From the NCBI GenBank assembly GCA_048884965.1, contig JBHLQH010000001.1, forward strand, positions 160,001 to 224,000: 64,000 nt of DNA. Direction: 5' to 3'. Each line of letters begins with the position of its first letter. Within the stretch, counting starts at the first letter, position 1. This document shows, in pieces, positions 1-9,500 of the stretch. A program made the position numbers and the translations under genes. The DNA comes from Candidatus Thorarchaeota archaeon (GTDB lineage Archaea > Asgardarchaeota > Thorarchaeia > Thorarchaeales > Thorarchaeaceae). The notes below the pieces were generated by a model, which saw nothing but the letters and a program-made list of their open reading frames with translations, searched no databases and had not been told where the DNA came from.

Positions 1-1
1 T

Positions 2-1156
2 ATCAAGATTAACGGACTCCTTGAGAATAGTATTGCCAGCAACTAGTCTTTGTACTTCGTTTGTCCCTTCGTAGATTTGTAGAAGCTTTGCATCACGCAT
101 CAGTTTCTCGGCAGGATATTCCTTAATGTAGCCATATCCTCCCATGATTTGAATTGCCTCGATAGCATTCTGCATTGCAGCATCACTAGCGAAGAACTTT
201 GCATATGAGGAATCCTTTGAGTTTGGTATATCCAGATCAGCCATCCATGCTGCTCTACGTGTAAGCAGTCTTGCTGCAGCAGTTCGTGCACCCATATCTG
301 CGAGCTTGAAGCTTATTCCTTGGAATCGGCCAATTGGTTGACCAAATTGATGACGTACATTAGCAAACTTGGCAGCTTCATCCATGGCTCTCTGTGCGAC
401 ACCTGTAGCAATTGCTGCGATACCAGCTCGGGTCTTATCGAGTGTGAGCATGGCGATTTTGAATCCTTCTCCTTCTTTCCCAACCAAGCATTCCTTGGGA
501 ACTCGAGCGTCCTCAAAGATAACTTCGCTTTGAATGGAGTTCAGCTGTCCGACCTTATTTTCGATCACTCCGATCTTAGTGGCCTTGCTCTTTGGAACCA
601 TGAATACAGATAGACCCTTGTGCTTGAGCTCTGGCTGGGTTGAAGCGAATACTGTGAACAGCGATGCGACTGGTGCATTGGTAATCCAGCATTTTACGCC
701 ATTAATGAGATAATCATCGCCATCTCTTTCTGCTCTGGTCGCTACTGCAGCTGCATCAGATCCTGCTTTCCGTTCAGTAAGACAGAATGCACCAAACTTG
801 ACTTCCTTTCCTGTAATGAGAGGTTCAATGTATTCTTGCAGCTGTTCGACTGTCGCTCCTATCACTAATGGTGCGAAGGCAAGGTTGTTGCACATGATAC
901 TAGTTGCCATTCCCGCACAGCCATACCCCGTTGCCTCAGAGACCAATGTTTCAGAGAAAAGCGAAAGTCCTGGTCCTCCAGCATCCACTGGGATGTGAAG
1001 GTTCATCAGACCCGCTTCATATGCCTTCTGAACCACTTCCTTGGGGAATTCGTTCCGTTTCTCAAGCTCGTGTGCTCTAGGAGTGATATACTCACGTGTA
1101 AACTCCTTTGCTCGTTTCTCGAGCTTCTCGTCCTTTTCAGATAGTGAGAAGTCCAT
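2..1156 (-). CDS. Acyl-CoA dehydrogenase (3' end runs off the window)
   Basis: Not in the ORF track. Hand translation from ATG at 1156 gives MDFSLSEKDEKLEKRAKEFTREYITPRAHELEKRNEFP; the C-terminal part reads MRDAKLLQIYEGTNEVQRLV, the classic ACAD C-terminal motif. Confidence 0.93.
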   Translation of the reverse strand, partial: MDFSLSEKDEKLEKRAKEFTREYITPRAHELEKRNEFPKEVVQKAYEAGLMNLHIPVDAGGPGLSLFSETLVSEATGYGCAGMATSIMCNNLAFAPLVIGATVEQLQEYIEPLITGKEVKFGAFCLTERKAGSDAAAVATRAERDGDDYLINGVKCWITNAPVASLFTVFASTQPELKHKGLSVFMVPKSKATKIGVIENKVGQLNSIQSEVIFEDARVPKECLVGKEGEGFKIAMLTLDKTRAGIAAIATGVAQRAMDEAAKFANVRHQFGQPIGRFQGISFKLADMGARTAAARLLTRRAAWMADLDIPNSKDSSYAKFFASDAAMQNAIEAIQIMGGYGYIKEYPAEKLMRDAKLLQIYEGTNEVQRLVAGNTILKESVNLD

Positions 1157-1291
1157 GGTTTGTCAACTCAACGACTGTTCCCTGAAACACTCCCCTATAA
1201 CAGCTTCGGAGTGAATTCTTTGCCGACTGGTATGTTTTTATATCGCCTTTTGTCGATGCGGCATATCATTTACACAAGGGAGAAAGATAAT

Positions 1292-2464
1292 TTGCCCCTG
1301 AATAATACGAACATAGTAAGCGGTGCTCAGACAAAATTCGGAGTATTGGAAGGAATTAGCCTGAGAGAGATGTTTGCTGAAGCCGTGGATAAGGCTACCA
1401 TTGAAGCAGGGATACCGAAAGAGGATATCCAAGCTGCGTTCATTGGGACGTTTATCCCGGAGATGCTAGTTCATCAGGGACACACAGCTCCTCTCCTGTT
1501 GGATTTCGCTGGCTTGAAGGGCATACCAGCAACACGGCATGAGGCAGCATGTGCTTCCGGAGCAACAGCTCTAAGAGCTGGCATCATGGCAATAGAATCA
1601 GGGCTTTATGATACAGTCCTTGTTGCTGGTGCAGAGAAGATGACATCAGTTTCCACGAATCGAGCAACGGAAGCATTAGCCGCAGCGGCTGATGATGACT
1701 TCGAATCATCTATGGGCCTTACTTTTCCTGGTGTATTCGGAATCGCGGCAGTTGCTCATATGCAAATGTATGGCACGACCGAAGAGGATATGGCGCGTTG
1801 TGCGGTCAAAGCTCACAAGAACGCAGCAACGAATCCTCTTGCGCAATTCCAGAAAGAGATCACACTGGAGAAAGCTATGACACCTCGATACATCGCATGG
1901 CCTCTGAAACTTTTCGACTGCTCACCTATCTCTGATGGAGCAGCAGCGCTTGTTCTCAGCTCCAATGAGAAAGCCAAGAAATACACTGACCTTCCTGTCA
2001 AGATTGTCGGAAGTGGTCAAGCCTCTGCCTCGATGAACCTCTGTGATAGGGACCAGTTGACCTCATTTGAAGCAACTGTCAAAGCAAGCAGGTCCGCCTA
2101 CGATATGGCGGGGATGACCGCGAAGGATATGGACTTCGCTGTAGTTCACGATTGCTTCACCATTGCTGAAATCATTGCATCCGAAGACATCGGCTTCTTC
2201 AAGCCTGGCGAAGGTGCAAAGGCTGTACGTGATGGCGTGACTGAACGGGATGGTGACAAACCCATCAACCCAATGGGAGGTCTCAAAGGCGTAGGTCACC
2301 CAGTTGGTGCAACGGGAGTTAAGCAAGCATATGTCGTATACAAAGAATTGCTGGGTGAAGCCGGAGCTAACCAGATTCCGAAACACGATACGGGTCTTAT
2401 GCACAACTTCGGAGGTACAGGAGCAACTTGTGTGGTCAACATCATGAGGAGGGCTGACGCATGA
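1292..2464 (+). CDS. Thiolase (SCP2/archaeal acetyl-CoA acetyltransferase type)
   Basis: Motifs EAACASG (catalytic Cys), HDCF, GHPVGATG, HNFGG. Start placed at in-frame TTG 1292 after GGAGA; the track start at 1160 is probably too long. Confidence 0.93.
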   Translation: MPLNNTNIVSGAQTKFGVLEGISLREMFAEAVDKATIEAGIPKEDIQAAFIGTFIPEMLVHQGHTAPLLLDFAGLKGIPATRHEAACASGATALRAGIMAIESGLYDTVLVAGAEKMTSVSTNRATEALAAAADDDFESSMGLTFPGVFGIAAVAHMQMYGTTEEDMARCAVKAHKNAATNPLAQFQKEITLEKAMTPRYIAWPLKLFDCSPISDGAAALVLSSNEKAKKYTDLPVKIVGSGQASASMNLCDRDQLTSFEATVKASRSAYDMAGMTAKDMDFAVVHDCFTIAEIIASEDIGFFKPGEGAKAVRDGVTERDGDKPINPMGGLKGVGHPVGATGVKQAYVVYKELLGEAGANQIPKHDTGLMHNFGGTGATCVVNIMRRADA

Positions 2465-2850
2465 GTGAGAAACCATCAGTAGACGCCTATAAGCAATTCA
2501 TAAAGAGTGAGGATTTCCACGCATACAAATGCGTTGACTGCGGTGCTGTCATTGCACCTCCATCAGGCTCATGCTATACCTGTGGAAGCAGTAATATGGA
2601 ATGGACGACTGTCAAAGGAACTGGAAAGCTTGTTTCCTTTACGATCATTCATATCGCACCTGAGGAGTTCCAAACCGAAGCTCCCTATTACATAGGTATC
2701 GTTGAGCTAGATGAGGGAACTCGGGTAACTTGTAGACTCAAGGGATTCGATCCTGAGAATCCGACATCTGTGCGACTTGGCACACCAGTAGTCATCGACT
2801 ATGAGCATGGAGAGTCTGGTAACACCTATCTTGCTTTCAGACCTGCCTAG
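2461..2850 (+). CDS. DUF35 Zn-ribbon/OB-fold protein, thiolase partner
   Basis: CxxCG..PP...CxxC followed by G.G.L.SFT and IVELDEG; overlaps the thiolase stop (ATGA). Confidence 0.92.
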   Translation: MSEKPSVDAYKQFIKSEDFHAYKCVDCGAVIAPPSGSCYTCGSSNMEWTTVKGTGKLVSFTIIHIAPEEFQTEAPYYIGIVELDEGTRVTCRLKGFDPENPTSVRLGTPVVIDYEHGESGNTYLAFRPA

Positions 2851-2935
2851 TTCACAACTGAGTAGGAACAGTCATGAGAAACCTTCTTGACTGTTCACTA
2901 CTTCGAGTTTATTACTCTATACAAGAATATGGATT

Positions 2936-3913
2936 TTGATCACAATGGTCGAGAAGCCTCATTTAGAACACATTCGTATTTCTCCAAAGAAGCTCACGTT
3001 CAACTTGGTAGACCGAAATCTCGTAGCTTGGTACGATGAAGGACTCTTGAAAAAACACCTTCCTCCAACCTCTGGCGTAGAGTCGGCAGACATGAACTTG
3101 GTAAAGGGACTCTCCAAATACCTTCCTGAAGACACAAAGGAGGCTCTGGAATCCACCGAATTCGTCAATGTTTTTGGAAGAGCAGTGCAGAGGAAGGACA
3201 AGAAAGGCCCGCTCTGTCTGCAATACCTCTACGTTTGGGACTATCAAGCCGTGCCGCTTCATGAGGCTGACTACGAACCTATCTATGTGTATATTGAGAA
3301 TGACCAGCGATACGCAATTTATGATCTCGTACACTATTGTACCCGTAGGATAGATTTAGGACCACTGGGGCAAGATGGTCCTGGTCTGCATGTCGTTCCG
3401 GGTTGGCATTCTTTCTTGCCTGCGACCTTGAAGTCTTCACAGATAGATAGTGGTCTTCGCGTGATCCCCCTTTCAGATCAACATCTAAACTCTTGGTGGA
3501 ACATTCCCCATGAATCTACAAGATTGAAGATAGATGGACACATGCAGAATCCATTCGGACTGAAAACACCTGGTCACTTCATGGATACACCCGACGAAGA
3601 AGCGCGTACAATGTGTTGCACATTCAAGGAAATAGAAGGTGCATTCAAAGACTTCGAAAACCCAAGAGATGCCATCATTGAAGGGTTCAAACGAGCATTC
3701 GCCAGATGTATTGGGATTTTTGCACTGCATCGACTCCCTGCGTTCATTACCTTGCTGAACGAGATGAACGACGTTGGTATGATTACAGTACCTCCTGCTC
3801 TTAAACAAGGATTGAACATAGCATCAATAGGATCTTTCTTATCAGGCGGCCTAGTCACGCTGACCGAGAAAGGAAAGAGCTTTCTTGAGGGGTTGAAAGA
3901 CGAATCCGAGTGA
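2936..3913 (+). CDS. Hypothetical protein with NPP1/Vps62-like HExDxE motif
   Basis: 325-aa ORF containing LQYLYVW..Q....HEADYEPIYVY and a later PGWHSF. Confidence 0.6.
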   Translation: MITMVEKPHLEHIRISPKKLTFNLVDRNLVAWYDEGLLKKHLPPTSGVESADMNLVKGLSKYLPEDTKEALESTEFVNVFGRAVQRKDKKGPLCLQYLYVWDYQAVPLHEADYEPIYVYIENDQRYAIYDLVHYCTRRIDLGPLGQDGPGLHVVPGWHSFLPATLKSSQIDSGLRVIPLSDQHLNSWWNIPHESTRLKIDGHMQNPFGLKTPGHFMDTPDEEARTMCCTFKEIEGAFKDFENPRDAIIEGFKRAFARCIGIFALHRLPAFITLLNEMNDVGMITVPPALKQGLNIASIGSFLSGGLVTLTEKGKSFLEGLKDESE

Positions 3914-3918
3914 GCCGA

Positions 3919-4773
3919 TTATTGGTAGATAGAATCACTCTTTTCATGATCAGCTGTTCTGCTTTCGCTCTTATCCTTTCGAAACTTTACCTTTGACCAA
4001 TCAATTCTAAGAACCAGATAGATACCAATTACTAGTATTAGAAGAGCAACTACTTCGATTGACTTTGTCAATGGATTTGTAGGATCCCCGATGACAAAGG
4101 ATTCTACAAATGATAATCCTAGCCTTCCTGCCCACGCTATTATTATCAGAAACATGCACTTACCGATTAACTGAGGTATCAATACCTTCTGGAACGGATA
4201 TCTCGCAACTCCCAGAGGTATCACTACAACATCATCAGGTACAGGTGTTAATGCTAAGAACCATAGAACGAAAGGTGTCATCCTCGGGTATTTCTTCACG
4301 AAGTCCAAGAATCCACTACGCTGTTCCTGATTGACAAATCGAGACCCAAATCGGCCGAGGAGATACCCTGTCATCTCTCCTAGTGTCGCTCCGATACCTC
4401 CAATGATACCCAGTAGCCAAGGATCAAAGAAGAATGGTCCTGAAACTCCTGCACTCGCTCCTCCAAGGAGAAATATGACCGCAATGTATGGAAATGGAAA
4501 GAGCACTGTTACATTTCCCAGTAGAGAAACAAGGAATGCGCCTGGGTATCCGATGAACAATGAAAGACTCTGAATCCAGTAGTAGAGACTAACCAATGGT
4601 CCGGTGAGATCCACGAATATCAAAATAAGAATCCAGTACACCATTATCAAGCAGATAGATATCAACAAGACCTGGTCAATTCTTCTCATCAGCTTCGCCT
4701 CCATAGTGAGCGTTATGTGTGAATATGTGTTTTCCCCTTCTGATTTGACAACCTTAAGTAGCTGAAGTAACAC
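3919..4773 (-). CDS. DedA/VTT-domain membrane protein
   Basis: Multiple TM segments; GATLGEMTGYLLGR and ALTPVPDDVVVIPLG..RY motifs. True start is probably a downstream Met. Confidence 0.85.
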   Translation of the reverse strand: MLLQLLKVVKSEGENTYSHITLTMEAKLMRRIDQVLLISICLIMVYWILILIFVDLTGPLVSLYYWIQSLSLFIGYPGAFLVSLLGNVTVLFPFPYIAVIFLLGGASAGVSGPFFFDPWLLGIIGGIGATLGEMTGYLLGRFGSRFVNQEQRSGFLDFVKKYPRMTPFVLWFLALTPVPDDVVVIPLGVARYPFQKVLIPQLIGKCMFLIIIAWAGRLGLSFVESFVIGDPTNPLTKSIEVVALLILVIGIYLVLRIDWSKVKFRKDKSESRTADHEKSDSIYQ

Positions 4774-4792
4774 GTATTTTTAGGACGGAGAT

Positions 4793-6052
4793 ATGAGATT
4801 AGATATTGCTTATGGTGATGGATTCCTCCCACTTGATCCAACTCGATATAATGAATTTCAGATCATCAGTCCAAAGACTGCAGCTGGAATACAAGATATC
4901 GACCGTTACGTTCAGCATAGAGTAACTGAAACTGATATGTTTAGGGAACTCATCAAAGCTGATCCAAGCAAACACAATGTTATCATAGTCTTAGAAATGC
5001 CTCAGAGAATCATTCACCTAACTTCTATACTTGAGCCACTTGTTGATACTCTTCAAACCACCTCTCTAACTCCCTCTAATATTCAGTTCCTTCTTTGTGG
5101 GTCAAGTCACTATCAACTCGATCTAGATGAAACTGTACGATATCTTGGAAGATTCACCTCTGAAGGAAGTGAGATACATATTCATGATCCACATAATGAG
5201 AAAACATTGAGGTACATGGGTGATGAGCCCATTCGATCTATCCCTGTGCATCTCAATGCGAAGTATATTCATTCCACCTTTAGAATCACACTTAGCTCAG
5301 TTATGCAGAGTATCTTCACCGGTACGACTGGTGGCTTGCTCTCAATCGCTCCCGGTCTTTGCGGTAACAGGACTGCATACCACCTTGCAAAGCAGCTTGC
5401 TAGATATGAGTCATCAGTGTTCGAATGCAATCCTGAGTATCTCAGCATTCTACATTCAACAACTAACTTTGCTACACCACATTTGTATCTCAATCTAGTT
5501 CAAGATGTGAAGGGTACTATTGCTCATGTAGCTGCAGGTAAGGTTGATTCAGTTGCCAAGGAATGCAAAGATGTCGCACAGAATCTGGCAACCTCTGGAA
5601 TACGCAGACGAAGTGATGTCGCTGTGGTCGGTGCAGGAGGCAAAGGGTATGATTCCACATTATACGACGCTACCGAGAGTCTTCATGCTGCTTTCTCAGC
5701 AACGCGAACCGGTGGAACAATCCTTCTCGTTGCGGAATGCAAAGATGGCGTTGGTCCTGAAGGATTCTTAGAGGGGATGACAAACACGAAGACGGAATCA
5801 GAACTAAGGGTTATGGCTGAAACTAATTTCAAGATTGGTATGGAGCGAGCACGCTTTCTACGAAAAGTTATGGAATCTAGAGATCTCGTGATATGCTCAC
5901 GTCTTCGAGAGTCACTAGTTGTTGAAAAGATTGGATGTCCCGCGGTTCGTGATCCCCAAGAGGGATTGGACATGATTGTTAGATCAAATGGTACTAATTC
6001 ACGTATTGTGATAATTGAGCAAGCCCCTTTTGTTCATCCCATTGTGATTTGA
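4793..6052 (+). CDS. LarA (lactate racemase, DUF2088) fold protein with degenerate active site
   Basis: N-terminal MRLDIAYG, HIHDP, PVHLN, GG..SIAPG, GGTILLVAECKDGVG match the LarA family; catalytic residues appear substituted. Confidence 0.8.
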   Translation: MRLDIAYGDGFLPLDPTRYNEFQIISPKTAAGIQDIDRYVQHRVTETDMFRELIKADPSKHNVIIVLEMPQRIIHLTSILEPLVDTLQTTSLTPSNIQFLLCGSSHYQLDLDETVRYLGRFTSEGSEIHIHDPHNEKTLRYMGDEPIRSIPVHLNAKYIHSTFRITLSSVMQSIFTGTTGGLLSIAPGLCGNRTAYHLAKQLARYESSVFECNPEYLSILHSTTNFATPHLYLNLVQDVKGTIAHVAAGKVDSVAKECKDVAQNLATSGIRRRSDVAVVGAGGKGYDSTLYDATESLHAAFSATRTGGTILLVAECKDGVGPEGFLEGMTNTKTESELRVMAETNFKIGMERARFLRKVMESRDLVICSRLRESLVVEKIGCPAVRDPQEGLDMIVRSNGTNSRIVIIEQAPFVHPIVI

Positions 6053-6068
6053 TTGCAGACCATCTGTC

Positions 6069-6506
6069 CTATTTCTTCTTCGGAGTAGCAGCCTTCTTCT
6101 TCTCTTTTGGCTGAGACTTGGTTTTGGTTTCAGGTTTTGAGGATTTCTTGGCTTTGCTTTTTGGTTTTGGCTCAGACTTGCTCGCCTTCTTCTTTGGTTT
6201 CTCTTCCTTCTCATCAAAGAGAGCATCAACAGCGCCCAGAGCCCCTTTTGCTTCAGATTCCGTGAATACCTCTAAGTCGCCTGGTTTCGCAATCTGGATG
6301 GTGACAATAGCATTTTCTCCACAAGGTCGCATTTCCCATGACATCTCTACACCTGGTTGTTCTGATACGAACTGACCAAGCATTTGCATCCACGCATCCT
6401 TTACATCATCGATGTTGGTGTACAGGAATTCCATCAACGGGATAGATATTTCGACATTAAGGATTCGTCCATCAATGATGTGGTAATTTTCGATGTCCCA
6501 AGGCAA
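6069..6506 (-). CDS. Hypothetical protein with Lys-rich C-terminal tail
   Basis: 145-aa ORF with a globular N-terminal part and a KPKKKASK...PKKK tail. Confidence 0.7.
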   Translation of the reverse strand: MPWDIENYHIIDGRILNVEISIPLMEFLYTNIDDVKDAWMQMLGQFVSEQPGVEMSWEMRPCGENAIVTIQIAKPGDLEVFTESEAKGALGAVDALFDEKEEKPKKKASKSEPKPKSKAKKSSKPETKTKSQPKEKKKAATPKKK

Positions 6507-6568
6507 TGTCAGTGTCCCTCTGAAATATTTGCAATATGACGGCTAGATAAGTGTTCTTTGCTTTGAGT

Positions 6569-9500
6569 CTATTCTTCTCCATCCTCTTCTTTCTCTTTCT
6601 TCAGGAGAGATTCAACTTCTTTTAGGAACTCATCTCTAGGATCAGCATCCTCTGTTTCTGGTTCTTCTCCTACAATCTCTTCTGGTTTCGATTCACTATC
6701 GTCTTCTTCGGGAACAACGGGCTCTTCTTCTTCGCTCGTAGGTTCATCCAAGGGTTCAGACACTTCGTCATCATCTCCAGATACATCAGCAGGTTCCTCT
6801 ACAGCATCCACATCTGTGGTATCCTCGTGAGGTATTTCCTCTATTGGAGTTGGAGTGATTTGCATGTCCATATCTGAGCTTACAATACCCAGACCTTGCC
6901 GTTGCAAGAAGGTATGAATGCTTATTGGTTGGATGATTTCCTTCTCCTCAAGTCCAACTATAATATCAAGTATCTCTGCTTCTGTTTTTCCTAACATAGA
7001 TGAGAGTGGTTGGAGGTAGTCCTCAACGAGAAACTCTCTCTTGTTTCCAAGTGATGCTTGAATGTAATTGACTATCTTCTTCTCCGGTCCTGAGAGCTTC
7101 TTGTCAGGATGAAGTGTATGAGGTAGCATCCAGCTGTATCCCAAAGTGGAGATGAGATTGGAAACGATCCACTCTGGATCAAAGCAGTCCGTAATGCCGG
7201 TCCATCCATCGAGATGACTCTCATATTCATTCTCAAAAAGATCCACGAAGAATTGTAGTCTATCCCTCATGAGAACTGAGATTTCCTTATCAAGAATGAG
7301 GATACCAAGTACATATTCCCCACTGTAGCTATTGAGCCGCAGGCCTTGATATTGAATCTCCTCTAATGTGCCTTGCACACCGTCCCCTTTTATCTCTCCA
7401 TACACACTCGTTACCGCTGAGATGAACCCACTGATCAGGTCCGCCTGAATTCTTGCTTCTTTGAATGGATGATAGAACACACAAGTTCCTCTGTTTACGT
7501 ATACCGCCATGAAGTGCTGGACTGACTTGAGATCCTCAAAGTTCTTCAATTGCCTATCCAATGCTGCTCTACCAGCTCTCTTCTTTGGCTTAATCCTCTT
7601 GTTGTATCCAACTGATAGAATCGCCAATATCCCGATGCCAAGTAGCACATACCTTCCTTCCTCCACAAACCAGAATGACAAAACCTGTTCTATGGGGTCC
7701 AGATTAACTGGGATAGTATATGCTTTCGAAGCATCCCAATACACATAATCCTCGTTAATGCTTCCATCATAGAACACCTCGATAAGGATACTTGTCACCC
7801 GATTATCTGTAACCTGAGGGATGTCGAATGATACTGATGCCAGACCTTGAGCGTTTGTGCTATCTTGAACTGATACCAAAACACTTGTTCCATTATCATA
7901 ATTTACTGTGATATTGAATAGAAGTGTTCTGAGTTGAAGTGCTCTCTCAGTGTCATTCTCTCTGAGACGGGCATCAATGGAGATGGTGTTCCCTTGAAAT
8001 GCACTCCCTGAGAAACTTATACTGATGTAGACATAGGTCTTTGCTAGAACTCGGATGGAGATATCCTCAGTTGCGGGATTTGTACCATTTGCTAATGCTG
8101 AAATTGTTGCTGTATGGTAGTTTACTGTGAAATCAAGAACAAAGACTACGACATAATGTGACCCATTGAAGGTCATGGGGTATACTGTGCCCTCAATAGT
8201 TAGATTGACTGTTGCCCAATAGATAATCGTTCGATGGATATCATCAACAAATTCTACTGCAATCTCGATATCTTCAGTTTCATATTGACTATAAATTGGG
8301 CTGGTGACCACAATTTCTGTCGTCGCTCGAATTGTCAGATTAAGCTGAATTGAGGTTGTAACGAATCCGGTTTCTGTGAGTATTACTTGGATTTGATGTG
8401 TGCCCATGACTGCATCGGGGATAATAGCAACAGAATAGAGACCATTCCCGAGATGCGTCATAGTGAACTTAGAATCCAATAGCGTGACGGTCAGATTACT
8501 ATTCAAAATGGGATTGCCAAGGGAATCATGAGCTGAGACATTCAGCACTATGTTCGTTTCGTAGTCGGTGACCTCATGGTCAGACCACGAATCAGTGAGG
8601 ACTGGTACATCTTCCCATATGTCAAGGATGTTCTGAACACTTTTATTTCCATATCCGACTGCATCAGCAAAGACTGTGAATTCCCAGTAGCCGACACCAA
8701 TGTCACTACCTGGGAGGAGAGTATACCAAAGGCCATCAGATGAATTGTACTGCAAAGATATTGGAGTGGATACATTGAATTGAATTGTCAAGGTCGCAGC
8801 TGGAACAGGACTTCCTGAATAGGAATAGTTGGCAATAATCCTGAATGATTCAACATAGGTCATATCCTGATCTGATGGAGTGATTATGATCTCAAGTGAC
8901 GTGGCTGATTCCTCATATACATACAATTTCAGACTGCTATTGGCTTGAGATTCATGACCAAGCTTCCATGCATTCACTGTGAGATTGATCGTATCGGGAA
9001 AAGTTGAGAAATCAGTTCCATTGAATTGAATGGTGTAATTCTCAGCGACTGGATCCCATGTTAACGACCACGTCGAAGTTCCATCAGTGACATTTACTAT
9101 CGCATTTGCAATTGCAGTTCCATTGGCAAATCTATAGAGTATGGTGAGATTGGTACTCTGTAGATATGTTATGCCATTCTCTTGTGGATCCGTCCAATTG
9201 TATGTAAGGGCTAGTGTTTCATATGTTAATTCCACATCTATAGATAATGATTGATTCTCAATAGCGAAACCCTCTGCATATACAACAACTGAGTGTAACC
9301 CTGCGATCTCACCTGTTGTATCAATAACTGCTGTCCAAGTTCCATTTCCAAGGTCTGTTAATGATACATTGGATCCTGAATCATATGAATACACTACGCT
9401 TGCATATGTAGCAGTTAGAGGAGTTGGACTGAACGTATCCACAAAATCAACTCTAATCTCGAAGCTGCTGTCCGTGAAAGCTTCCATTTGGGTGTTACCG

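Noticed and set aside
1160-1291. N-terminal extension of the thiolase ORF in the track
   Set aside because: It occupies the divergent promoter region; thiolase homology starts near TTG 1292, which has an SD-like motif.
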